The notes under the pieces are model-generated. The model saw only the letters and a program-made list of their open reading frames with translations, was not told the origin of the DNA and ran no database searches. 32,000 nt of DNA, from the NCBI GenBank assembly GCA_003056265.1, contig NBVN01000002.1, positions 180,001 through 212,000 of the forward strand, read 5' to 3'. Every line of letters begins with the position of its first letter. Within the stretch, counting starts at the first letter, position 1. Source of the stretch: Zestosphaera tikiterensis. GTDB lineage: Archaea > Thermoproteota > Thermoprotei_A > Sulfolobales > NBVN01. The position numbers were made by a program, and so were the translations under genes. This document shows, piece by piece, positions 1 through 8,949 of this stretch.

Positions 1-102
1 AATTTTAAACTACTAAATATTAAATAACGCGTAATTTGTTTTAACGTTACTTAAGGTTTTATAGTTGATTTCTGTTCCGTCAGCGATAAGACGATACCAT
101 AG

Positions 103-176
103 CGCCGGGGGGAGGATTTGAACCTCCGACCACCGGGTTAACAGCCCGGCGCTCTACCCGGCTGAGCTACCCCGGC
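103..176 (-). tRNA. tRNA-Asn (anticodon GTT), 74 nt, no intron, CCA not encoded
   Basis: The reverse complement folds as a canonical cloverleaf. Acceptor GCCGGGG/CCCCGGC; D arm GCTC-AGCCGGGTA-GAGC; anticodon arm CCGGG-CTGTTAA-CCCGG; variable TGGTC; T arm GGAGG-TTCAAAT-CCTCC; discriminator G. Confidence 0.9.
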
Positions 177-337
177 ACCTCCTATAGTTAAAGTTAATAC
201 TTCCTTTTTAATCTTTTCTTCTTAAGATCGTTGAAAGTATGCTTTCAAAGTTATGTGGCGTACAAGCTATATTGTTTTAGGAGGATAGGGAAAACTTTAT
301 AAGGTTTGACGTGAAGTGTAGTGTAGTAGGATGAAAC

Positions 338-670
338 ATGAGTAAGAAGGATAAAGTTGACATAATATCCCTTTGCGGAGGCCTACCTGAAGAACTCTGC
401 GTTCAGTTAGGTGCCGAGCAACAACTCGTTAAGATTAAGCTGGAGAAGAGGAAATTCGGCAAGGAAGTTACGGTAATCGAAGGTCTCGATCCTTCAGTAT
501 ACGACTTAAAGAAAGTCGCTTCAGTACTTAAATCTAAGTTAGCCACTGGAGGAACAGTTAAAGATAATCATATAGAGGTTCAAGGGGACCATCGACATAA
601 GGTGAAGCAGATCTTAGTTAATGAGTTTGGCATACCGGCGGATAGCGTTATCTTCATAGAAACTGAGTAG
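338..670 (+). CDS. sui1: Translation initiation factor SUI1 / aIF1 family protein
   Basis: 110-aa ORF with an ATG start. Size and sequence ([19 protein letters not shown] ... [22 protein letters not shown]) match the SUI1/eIF1 fold family as I recall it. Confidence 0.85.
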   Translation: MSKKDKVDIISLCGGLPEELCVQLGAEQQLVKIKLEKRKFGKEVTVIEGLDPSVYDLKKVASVLKSKLATGGTVKDNHIEVQGDHRHKVKQILVNEFGIPADSVIFIETE

Positions 671-711
671 AAGAGAAAACTTGAAGATCGATTATTATAT
701 TTAAAAACTCC

Positions 712-1653
712 CTACTCTTCCTCAGGTACTTGAATGTTTAAATACTGCGTTATTTCTTTATATCTATTCCTAACGGTAACTTCAGTAACTCCAATCACTT
801 GAGCGATGTCTTTCTGAGTTTTTCTCTCCCCATGTAATTGGGCAGCTATGTAAACGGCTGCAGCCGCTAAACCTGCTGGATCCTTACCCGCTGTAACGCC
901 TTTCTTCCTCGCTTCTTCAAGAATTTCAATAGCTTTAGCTTCTATCTTACCACCTAATCCCAACGCTGAAACAATCCTAGGTACGTAATCAGCAGCACCT
1001 GAAACAGGTATTTTAAGGCCTAACTCCCTAACTAATAACCTAAAACATCTAGCTACGTCTTTCTTAGGTGCTTTAGTGTATTCTACGATTTCATCTAACG
1101 TTCTAGGTATTTTGTAAATCCTGCAGGCCGCGTATAGAGCTGCCGCAACAACAGACTCTACCGCCCTACCTCTAACAACGCCTTTCTCAACGGCTCTCCT
1201 ATATATAGCGGCGGCTTCCTCCTTAATGTTTTTAGGCAGTCCTAACTGTTCTGTAATCCTTTCTAACTCGGTAGCGGCTTGAGTTATGTTTCTATCTATG
1301 CTATCCTGTATTCTAGTCCTTATCTGCCATTTCCTCATCCGCATAACTTCCAATCTTCGTTGAAACTCAAGCTTCTTACCTGAGGCATCTCTATCACGCC
1401 AATCAATCATAGTTGCTATACCGCTATCATGTATTGTAGGAGATAAAGGCGAGCCTGAACGCGCTCTTTTATCTCTTTCCTCAGGCGTGAAAGCCCTCCA
1501 TTCAGGACCTTGGTCAACAACCTTATCCTCTATAACCTCCCCAGTTTCCGTGCAGATATACTCTCCCCTAACTTCATCGTAGATGATCTTATCTTGAGGG
1601 CACTTGGATTCGGACTCAACATCCTTTTTTTCTTCGCGCACGATCTCTCCCAT
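712..1653 (-). CDS. tfb: Transcription initiation factor B (TFB), full length, with a cysteine-depleted N-terminal ribbon
   Basis: 313 aa. It carries the B-reader/linker signature QGPEWRAF, two cyclin-like repeats ([16 protein letters not shown] and [16 protein letters not shown]) and a C-terminal HTH. The N-terminal ribbon reads CPQD...CTET rather than CxxC...CxxC. Confidence 0.95.
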   Translation of the reverse strand: MGEIVREEKKDVESESKCPQDKIIYDEVRGEYICTETGEVIEDKVVDQGPEWRAFTPEERDKRARSGSPLSPTIHDSGIATMIDWRDRDASGKKLEFQRRLEVMRMRKWQIRTRIQDSIDRNITQAATELERITEQLGLPKNIKEEAAAIYRRAVEKGVVRGRAVESVVAAALYAACRIYKIPRTLDEIVEYTKAPKKDVARCFRLLVRELGLKIPVSGAADYVPRIVSALGLGGKIEAKAIEILEEARKKGVTAGKDPAGLAAAAVYIAAQLHGERKTQKDIAQVIGVTEVTVRNRYKEITQYLNIQVPEEE

Positions 1654-1745
1654 AGTAAACCTTAGAATACTTTCTTAGGGGGTTAATAAGCTTTTATTCT
1701 TGAATAAATCAACACTTTCACCCGTGGCTTTCATGGAATATCAAT

Positions 1746-2297
1746 TTAAGGTTTAACTAAGGTTAAAACCTTTAACAGCGTCCCGTTCGTTAAATCATAC
1801 ACTTCAGCTTTAACTTTGTTTCCTTCAATTGACAGAATAGCGTAACTCTCCATCGAAGTTAAATATCCTGAAAGAGCTCCCGGGTTTAAAACCAGACAAT
1901 CATTAACTAAGCTTAAATCATACATATGCGTATGCCCATATAATACGATATCATAGTAGCGTTGTGTGGAAGTACATAAACTATAGACTATCTTCTTAGT
2001 TAAGTCAACACTTTTAAACCCGTGAAAAGCTATAGCTTTAAACGCGTCGAATAATAACTCCATAGGTTGTTCCGTAACGTTAGGGGATATCCTCTTAAGC
2101 AGTTCTTTATCCCCGTCGTTATTCCCGAAAACTCCCATAACGTTTGGATTTACCTCGTTTAAGATCGTTTTTAAAGTGAACGGTGAGACTATATCACCTA
2201 ATATCACTACCTGATCAACATCACCTACCACACGTTTAAGCTTACCTATAGATTCTAACCTATCATGTATGTCTGAAATCACTAAAACACGCATCAT
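1746..2297 (-). CDS. MJ0936/YfcE-family metallophosphoesterase
   Basis: 183 aa with calcineurin-like phosphoesterase motifs in the right order: VISDIHD, GDIV, GNNDGD, GHTH. Confidence 0.85.
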   Translation of the reverse strand: MMRVLVISDIHDRLESIGKLKRVVGDVDQVVILGDIVSPFTLKTILNEVNPNVMGVFGNNDGDKELLKRISPNVTEQPMELLFDAFKAIAFHGFKSVDLTKKIVYSLCTSTQRYYDIVLYGHTHMYDLSLVNDCLVLNPGALSGYLTSMESYAILSIEGNKVKAEVYDLTNGTLLKVLTLVKP

Positions 2298-2347
2298 TTA
2301 GTAAAACACCGGAGGAAGTTTTTAAAGAAAAAACCTAGTTTATATGC

Positions 2348-2533
2348 TTAAGCTGGGTAGTCCTCAGGAACTTTAGCTCTGAAGTACTTACCTGTCTCTG
2401 GACTCTTGAATAACCCTATCTTAACACCTTTCCTACCCTTAGGCGCTAAGGTCCATACCTTCTCAGGCACTAACTCAACGTCCTTACCTGTTGTTGGGTC
2501 TTTAACTGTTACCTTCTTCTTTGGGGTGGACAT
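2348..2533 (-). CDS. cren7: Chromatin protein Cren7
   Basis: [61 protein letters not shown] is near-collinear with Sulfolobus Cren7 as I remember it. I trimmed the start to the ATG at 2533, because the track start at 2542 is a GTG three codons upstream. Confidence 0.9.
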   Translation of the reverse strand: MSTPKKKVTVKDPTTGKDVELVPEKVWTLAPKGRKGVKIGLFKSPETGKYFRAKVPEDYPA

Positions 2534-2792
2534 GGTTATCACGTCAATAAAGATATGAATTCTGACACTCTTAAACTTTACTTGAGTTCTTCACAAAATG
2601 CTCGGGTTTTCATTGAAGGTTTCCATCATTTTAATTGTTGAAATACTTCAAAGTAAGTTTAAAGTTTACTGCTGTAGCCTCATGAACATGCGCATTTCTT
2701 TACTTGTTTAAATCAACCTACGATTAACTAAATAAAATGCTTTATCTTTTTAAGCTTATATGAAGTTTTAACTAAAATCGCTGAGGTGAAAC

Positions 2793-3512
2793 ATGTTGAA
2801 TAAGTTACTGCTTTTTGTTGATGTTGATGGGACTTTAACTATAGATAGGAAGACCTCCGCCATAGATCCGGAAGTCATTAACGTACTTCGTGAGTTAACG
2901 TTGGCTGGCGTGGAGGTTGTGTTAATATCTGGTAATTCACTACCTGTTTTAAGAGGTCTCTCGCTCTACTTAGGTTTAAGCGGTAAAGTAATTGCTGAAA
3001 ACGGTGCGGTAATCTACGTAGATAAACCTAAGGTAGTTTGCGAAGGTTGTGAGGATTGCGACGTAGTGTATAGGTCGTTACTTAACTATAAAGACATCTT
3101 TAAGGATGCTTGGCAGAATATGTTTAGGTTTTGTGAGAAAGCGCTTGAGTGGGTTGGAGATGAGGAAGAAGCTGAAGCAATTGCTAAGCAGCTTGTTAGA
3201 GAATTGAATTTAAACACAGTTGAAATAACGTCTAGTGGATACGCGCTGCATATCCACCCACGTAATTGCAATAAAGGTAGGGGGATAGCAGAGTTCATTA
3301 AGGAAACGTCGTCTGAAGGTTTAAAAACAATATGTGTAGGTGATTCCGACGTAGATATACCTATGAAGAATGTATGCTCACTTTTAGTAGCTGTAGGTAA
3401 TTCAGACCCGGATTTGCTTAAGGTCGCTGACGTCATTACTAAAAACCCCTCCTCTAAAGGGTTTATAGAGATAGCTATGGAAATCTTGAAGAACTTGAGG
3501 GACCAATACTGA
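2793..3512 (+). CDS. HAD-IIB family hydrolase, archaeal phosphoglycolate phosphatase-like
   Basis: 239 aa. HAD motif I is DVDGTLT, motif II is ISGN, motif IV is GDSDVD, and the archaeal PGP-like segment VIAENGAVI is present. Confidence 0.75.
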   Translation: MLNKLLLFVDVDGTLTIDRKTSAIDPEVINVLRELTLAGVEVVLISGNSLPVLRGLSLYLGLSGKVIAENGAVIYVDKPKVVCEGCEDCDVVYRSLLNYKDIFKDAWQNMFRFCEKALEWVGDEEEAEAIAKQLVRELNLNTVEITSSGYALHIHPRNCNKGRGIAEFIKETSSEGLKTICVGDSDVDIPMKNVCSLLVAVGNSDPDLLKVADVITKNPSSKGFIEIAMEILKNLRDQY

Positions 3513-3547
3513 ACTGAAGCGATAGGCGTTAAGCATGGATCTCCGCA

Positions 3548-5281
3548 CTACCTCGTAGACGCGGTTAAGTCGATAGGCATTCCTTTAGAGCCTGCTAACC
3601 TGCAGATAGCCTCGCCCCTTCTTAAGGATGTGCAGTAATAGCTTACGTCCTTATCTTCAATCCTCACGTAACGTTTTACATGCTTCCAATAACTTAAGTC
3701 GTTAGAACCCATAGCTACGAAAAGTCCGGCATTACCAACTATCACCTCACCAAGGCTTATTAAGTCTTGAGGATGTTGTGTTGCTATCCCAATAATCAAG
3801 CCGTAACTTCTTAAATACCTGATTAAACCTTCTACCTCATCACGTAACTTCGTAGAGTATATCCAAGCTTCATCAAATACTAAAAACTTAAGCGTGTCTG
3901 GGTTGTGTGGGATTTCGTTAACGCCTCTAAGGAGAAGAGCTTTTTTAACGCTTTTAAGTAATGATAAAACAGCTAAGTTAAGAACATTAACGTTTGAAAA
4001 GAAGGCCTTACTTAAGTTTAGAATTAAAACTTTATCTTCATAACCATTTAAGAAAAACCTCAGCCGATTAAACAGAGGCTCACCAACCTCATAGATTGAG
4101 AGCTCGCTTAAGACTTTACTTAGTTTAAACCTTATATAGGGATCCCTAACTAAAGCTAGGTTTTGAATAGCGTTCAATACATAATTATCGCATGAACTTA
4201 GCGAATATGTAAGCAATTCGTTAAGGGCTGAAGCAACTTCCTCGCTTAATGCGTAAGCGTTAGTTATTAAATCCGTTATGGAAGATGCCTTAACCTCTGA
4301 ATATTCGTCTTGAACTAGATTACATAAACCTAAAGCTATGTCATTACCTAAAGTCAATACCTTATAAGGAACTTGCCTTCTACTCAACCTAGTTGAGTAT
4401 TCATTCTTAATATCAACAATCAACGAGGGGATTCCATGAAGTCCGTAAAAACGTTCCACGAGTTCTACGAAGAACTCTGTTTTTCCGGAACCGGTAGGAC
4501 CTACGACAACTATATGTGGTGATACAGCATTATCTACGTTCCAGAAAACTAAGGTCTTCCTTATTAGATGTGTACCCAGTAAAACCTCAACACCTTCGAA
4601 ATTACCGCGTACTTCGTTAAATCCATCGCTAAGCATAAACGGGAGTAGCATAAAAGAGGCTGGGTTAAGAGTCATCAACGTTAGATTAACGCTTTTAAAT
4701 ACGCCTTTAAAAAGCTTAGTTAGATTTTTCAAGCTGTTAAGTTTGTTATTGCTGACTACCGTCTTTACTCCTAAACTATTCAAGCTCTTAACTAAAGCCT
4801 CTACTTTAGAGTTTAAGTTCGCATATGCTTTACTTGAATCCTCACCGCATTCCTTCAGTATAAACTCCGTTTCTATCTTCAGTGGAGGAAAGCCCTTTAA
4901 AGCGATATCCCGTATTTTCCTTAATATTCTTAACCGGCTTCTCAAGGCTTCATTAGCTGGATTACTATTCAACACTAGTTCTAACGTCTCTATCCTTCTA
5001 TTAAGCTTCTCTATGAAGTCCTCATTCCTCACAGGGCTTATTAAACTACGGATCTCAATTGAGAAGCCTAAGTTAATGCTGTTAAGGTAGCTTAACATGA
5101 AATGTTGAAGGTCTTGAGGATCTAGGTCTAGGAGTGAAACGGGTAGATCAACAACTTTTATAACTTTCTCATAGCATTTAACGTCGGACCTTCCTTTAAC
5201 GACCTCCTTAAGCTTGACGAACCTACGTATGATCCACTTAAAATAATCTCTACTTAACCTACGCTCTATCCTTAACAACAT
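3548..5281 (-). CDS. VirB4/HerA-like P-loop ATPase (FtsK-HerA superfamily), last gene of the pilus-like operon
   Basis: 577 aa. The N-terminal ~250 aa are helix-rich. The Walker A context is VSPHIVVVGPTGSGKTEFF, followed by LIVDIKNEYS (DUF87/HerA-like). Walker B is LVFDEAW, the DEAW typical of VirB4/TraC/TrbE. A downstream IGIATQHPQDL matches the TQ..D motif of conjugative and FtsK-like ATPases. Its start overlaps the upstream gene by 23 nt. Confidence 0.7.
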   Translation of the reverse strand: MLLRIERRLSRDYFKWIIRRFVKLKEVVKGRSDVKCYEKVIKVVDLPVSLLDLDPQDLQHFMLSYLNSINLGFSIEIRSLISPVRNEDFIEKLNRRIETLELVLNSNPANEALRSRLRILRKIRDIALKGFPPLKIETEFILKECGEDSSKAYANLNSKVEALVKSLNSLGVKTVVSNNKLNSLKNLTKLFKGVFKSVNLTLMTLNPASFMLLPFMLSDGFNEVRGNFEGVEVLLGTHLIRKTLVFWNVDNAVSPHIVVVGPTGSGKTEFFVELVERFYGLHGIPSLIVDIKNEYSTRLSRRQVPYKVLTLGNDIALGLCNLVQDEYSEVKASSITDLITNAYALSEEVASALNELLTYSLSSCDNYVLNAIQNLALVRDPYIRFKLSKVLSELSIYEVGEPLFNRLRFFLNGYEDKVLILNLSKAFFSNVNVLNLAVLSLLKSVKKALLLRGVNEIPHNPDTLKFLVFDEAWIYSTKLRDEVEGLIRYLRSYGLIIGIATQHPQDLISLGEVIVGNAGLFVAMGSNDLSYWKHVKRYVRIEDKDVSYYCTSLRRGEAICRLAGSKGMPIDLTASTR

Positions 5282-7499
5282 CGAATAACACCTTACTTAA
5301 GGTAAAGCCTTTAACTAGCATAAACCTAACCACATCTTTAACGGGTACTTCATATACCTTAAGGTTTTCGATAAACCCTGCTGGAATAGAAAACACGTAG
5401 ATACCGTTAGATAAGATCTCCTTAAGTGAGGCAGTGACCTCTAGAAAACCTTCATCGCCGTAGGAATGCTTTAGTAAAGCGCCACAAGCGATCACGGTTA
5501 TTTGAGGGTTATTAGATTTATAGCTAAGCTTAAGCGTACATAACTTAGCATCGCATGTAACGTCGATAAAGTTAAGCTCTAACGCAGAGTCTTTAGGTAA
5601 GGTAAAAACATAGTCAACGCATCTAACCCCGCCACGCTTGGCGTTTCTTACTTCAAAACCTAACGCATTATTTCTTACAACATCAACTTTAGGTAAGCAT
5701 CTAACGACATGGGTTTTAACCCAAATGTAGCCTTCGTAAGTTAAGTATTCGTCAATCACTATCGGCGGTTCGCAATCTTCAACGTCAACACGCACACCAC
5801 TTAATACCTTACCCCCGCAAATTACGCGTAAGGGGACTCCAGCACTAGTCGAGATACTTAACACGCCGTTTTGAAGTTCCTCTAGCCTTAAAGTAGTTGG
5901 TGGTTCCTTAACTTCTCGACAGTTATTAAACTCTACAGTGAATAATCCTAAATCTTGAATAACCCCATCAAAAAACTCCATCGATACTTTAAACTTAAGG
6001 AAGTTAGACCCGCTTTTAATAACTTCCTTAACGTTTAAGTCAGCGTTTACTAAAACATCACTATCGTTTATTACGTTAACGTGCGTTATTTTCATACCTG
6101 GGCTTAAACCAGTTATCAAGACTTTAGGGACTTCAGGGAAAGTTTTACTATAGGTTAAAGAAAGTAGCATCTTAAAGTTGGAAACGCCGTCTTTAAGCTT
6201 CCCATTTACGCTATAGCTGCAGTCCTTAACAACCACCCCCTCAAGAACCAAAGGTTTTGAAGTTATTTGGAAAGCTTTGGAGAACGTTCCTATAGGTGTT
6301 TTAAGTGCCGCAACTACATCTATAGGACTTCCGAACTCTTTAGGTTTTAAATGTATTACTTTTGAATTACCTTTAAGGTCTTCTCTGACTATGCTTACGT
6401 TACCGTTAAAGCTTATCGAAAACCATTCATTCCAAGGCTTTACTTCCACCTGTGCGTAACTCTCGCTAGAGACGTAATTCTTAATTACTGATATTTCAGG
6501 TGTTATTAAACCTTTCGTGTTTAGTAACGTTAATCCATCCTTAACCACGCAGAGAACTAAATCATTAGCTATTGGAATGCATGAATATGCTTCAACGTAA
6601 GCTACGTTTCTATTATCAACGTTTATTAACGACCACGCCATCCCTTTGGTTTTGAAAACTACTACATTTCTAAAGCACGTTAGGTTCTCTACTTTCACCT
6701 CATTACTTAACTTAAGTAGTAGGTGGTCTTTAAGCAAACAAACACCTTCCTTAGAGTTGACAACTATATCCCCTTCGTAACAGCAGAGAGAGCCGTATTC
6801 AACGCTTAAAGGGAATATAGGCTCGTATAAGTCCTTAACGTGCTTAACTATTAACACACCGTCAAAGAAGTAATTGAAGTTCCCGCAACTTATAAGCGGT
6901 TGCAACTCACAAAGAACTTCATAGGCTTCCTCACTAGTTAAAGAAACTGAGAAGCATCTATCTTCACCTTTAACCACACATATGTTTTTAGAGCAGATTA
7001 CACTTTCAATATCTGACGCTTTTATCACGTGCTCTTTATAGGATCCTGTCAACAAATCTAGCATAAGAACATAGCATTTCCTACCTCTGCAGGCGGTTAC
7101 CACAAGCAAGTCGTTAAAGGTGAAATGCTTGATTCTCCCAGGTCTAACGACTCTATCCTTAACGAATTCATAATAACCTTCAGAATTTTTACCTACGCAT
7201 ACATTTAAAACTCCGTCGAAGAGAGCGTACCTACTTAGCCTTTCAGAACATACGCCTAACCTACTTACGTCATCACTTAATTCAAAACTTACGCGACTTA
7301 TTAAATCAAATTCTAAGTTCTCATTCACTTTAAATATTGAACGTGTGGAATCGCTAGATAAAACTACTAACACAGGTAGGTAATTAAGAAGTCGTAGGTA
7401 AACATTTCTATACGTAACTTTCATATTAAGTAAGTTTTCTAAAATATCCCAGCTTACAAACCTAATTATCTCAGGCAATACCAACATCTTAAATAACAC
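5259..7499 (-). CDS. Large cysteine-rich protein of unknown function, with a propeller-like repeat region plus a beta-rich C-terminal half
   Basis: A 746-aa uninterrupted ORF that overlaps both neighbours (11 nt upstream, 23 nt downstream). I recognise no family. It has 24 Cys, 15 of them in the first ~320 aa, and about 7 blade-like repeats with 35-43 aa periodicity between residues ~90 and 330. I see no convincing signal peptide or TM helix. Confidence 0.75.
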   Translation of the reverse strand: MLFKMLVLPEIIRFVSWDILENLLNMKVTYRNVYLRLLNYLPVLVVLSSDSTRSIFKVNENLEFDLISRVSFELSDDVSRLGVCSERLSRYALFDGVLNVCVGKNSEGYYEFVKDRVVRPGRIKHFTFNDLLVVTACRGRKCYVLMLDLLTGSYKEHVIKASDIESVICSKNICVVKGEDRCFSVSLTSEEAYEVLCELQPLISCGNFNYFFDGVLIVKHVKDLYEPIFPLSVEYGSLCCYEGDIVVNSKEGVCLLKDHLLLKLSNEVKVENLTCFRNVVVFKTKGMAWSLINVDNRNVAYVEAYSCIPIANDLVLCVVKDGLTLLNTKGLITPEISVIKNYVSSESYAQVEVKPWNEWFSISFNGNVSIVREDLKGNSKVIHLKPKEFGSPIDVVAALKTPIGTFSKAFQITSKPLVLEGVVVKDCSYSVNGKLKDGVSNFKMLLSLTYSKTFPEVPKVLITGLSPGMKITHVNVINDSDVLVNADLNVKEVIKSGSNFLKFKVSMEFFDGVIQDLGLFTVEFNNCREVKEPPTTLRLEELQNGVLSISTSAGVPLRVICGGKVLSGVRVDVEDCEPPIVIDEYLTYEGYIWVKTHVVRCLPKVDVVRNNALGFEVRNAKRGGVRCVDYVFTLPKDSALELNFIDVTCDAKLCTLKLSYKSNNPQITVIACGALLKHSYGDEGFLEVTASLKEILSNGIYVFSIPAGFIENLKVYEVPVKDVVRFMLVKGFTLSKVLFDVVKDRA

Positions 7500-8949
7500 C
7501 TAAGAGGTTCAACTCCAACATAGTTATCGACGGCAAGAACGTGTTAGTAAGGTCTTCAAACACTACGTATGATGCGTAGCATGAGTAGAAAATTGACGTG
7601 ATGATTATGTAGGTGGTTATTACGGTGTTGGCTTGATGGATTATGTTAATAGTTGCTGATTGCAGTAGAGGTAATAATAAAGCTAAAGCCACTATAACGG
7701 AATTAGCGAGTGCTACAGCTTTAAACGATCTTAACGCTTCGTTAACAACCTCCTGCAACTTACTTAAGACTTCCCTACTAATAACACCTAAGCTTAACCC
7801 CTTACTTAAGCAGTAGAAGACGAAGCTTGCGACCCACGACCTACTAACGGGTTTTTGCTTTCGTAACGTCAACTCAAGAGGTGAGAACTCAAAATCTAGT
7901 TCAGAAGCCTCAACAGCTTTCTTTAAAGAGTCGAGAGGGTTTATACTGATTGATGACACGCCTGACGCTAAATCTAAGAACTTACTTAATCGACTTAACT
8001 CCCTAACGTTTTTTAAGAAGTCCTTAGTTACGTAGATTCCAAACATAAGTAAAGGCAGGCTTAAAACCAGTAAGTTAAACTTCTTGAACAGTAGGTAGTA
8101 TGTTATCGTTGGGATAGTTAGTAAGGGTAGGAGGGTTAAGTTCTTACGTGACGTAATTTTCTCGAACTTTAGATATTTAGGATATTTAGGTAAGGCGAAA
8201 AAAGAGATAGGCGCTAAAACGATGGTTAAAGTAAATACTTGATTAATGAAATTGCTTCCTAATAACGTAGTTAAAGGCACTACCACGACTGGTGTGTAGC
8301 CTAACAAAACAGCCACAACTAAGGATACGGTGGCTCTAGCTTTGATAACGTTGTAAGTGTTTGTTCGTACTTCATCAAGTATTCGCTGGCCTAAGCCCTG
8401 CATCCAGAAGACGTAGGTTCCAGAGTTAGTAGCTAGTAAGTAGTCTGTTAATACGCTATTAACTATTTTAGACTTAACCCACTTACGATACTCATTAACA
8501 CCTTTAACGATTCCTAAGAAGTCTACTAACCTACGTAGTATGTTACTCTCACGACAAAGCTTTTTAAACACATTACACCAAGCACTTAAGTTTTGAAGAT
8601 CTTTGAGAAGGTCTGAATCTTTAGATAAAGACACATAATTGGAAATCAAGAAATACTTGAATTCCTCTTCTAACTCTCTATGGTAACTTCTGGATTCCAT
8701 AATCAAATATACTGGATACAGAATAAACGGTAGTAACGCTGAAGTTAACGAAGCTAAGGCTATGGTAGGTAACGATGTAATCTTAAGTAGGAAGTGCATG
8801 CTTAAGATAGTTACTGTCAAGAAAGATAACGACGTAATTGAAATCTTCTTCATTAAGTATCTGTTAACAAACCTTAACTCAACAGGTTTTCTAGCCATGA
8901 ACAATTCTCTATGTATAAAGTCAGCGTAAACATTAATTAATGACTTCAT
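7489..8949 (-). CDS. Polytopic membrane platform protein, FlaJ/TadC/PilC (T2SSF)-like
   Basis: 486 aa. The architecture is two hydrophobic helices, a ~120-aa soluble helical segment, a cluster of TM helices, a second ~90-aa soluble segment and a C-terminal TM cluster. This is the duplicated layout of archaeal pilus/archaellum platform proteins. It overlaps the upstream ATPase gene by 17 nt. The assignment rests on architecture and context, not on motifs. Confidence 0.65.
   Translation of the reverse strand: MKSLINVYADFIHRELFMARKPVELRFVNRYLMKKISITSLSFLTVTILSMHFLLKITSLPTIALASLTSALLPFILYPVYLIMESRSYHRELEEEFKYFLISNYVSLSKDSDLLKDLQNLSAWCNVFKKLCRESNILRRLVDFLGIVKGVNEYRKWVKSKIVNSVLTDYLLATNSGTYVFWMQGLGQRILDEVRTNTYNVIKARATVSLVVAVLLGYTPVVVVPLTTLLGSNFINQVFTLTIVLAPISFFALPKYPKYLKFEKITSRKNLTLLPLLTIPTITYYLLFKKFNLLVLSLPLLMFGIYVTKDFLKNVRELSRLSKFLDLASGVSSISINPLDSLKKAVEASELDFEFSPLELTLRKQKPVSRSWVASFVFYCLSKGLSLGVISREVLSKLQEVVNEALRSFKAVALANSVIVALALLLPLLQSATINIIHQANTVITTYIIITSIFYSCYASYVVFEDLTNTFLPSITMLELNLLGVI

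Noticed and set aside
3086-3436. 116-aa minus-strand ORF inside the HAD hydrolase gene
   Set aside because: It is an antisense shadow ORF, and the plus-strand frame carries all the HAD motifs.
4743-5090. 115-aa plus-strand ORF inside the VirB4-like gene
   Set aside because: It is an antisense shadow with a Leu/Ser/Phe-rich product and no start context.
6277-6459. 60-aa plus-strand ORF inside the 746-aa gene
   Set aside because: It is a short antisense shadow ORF.
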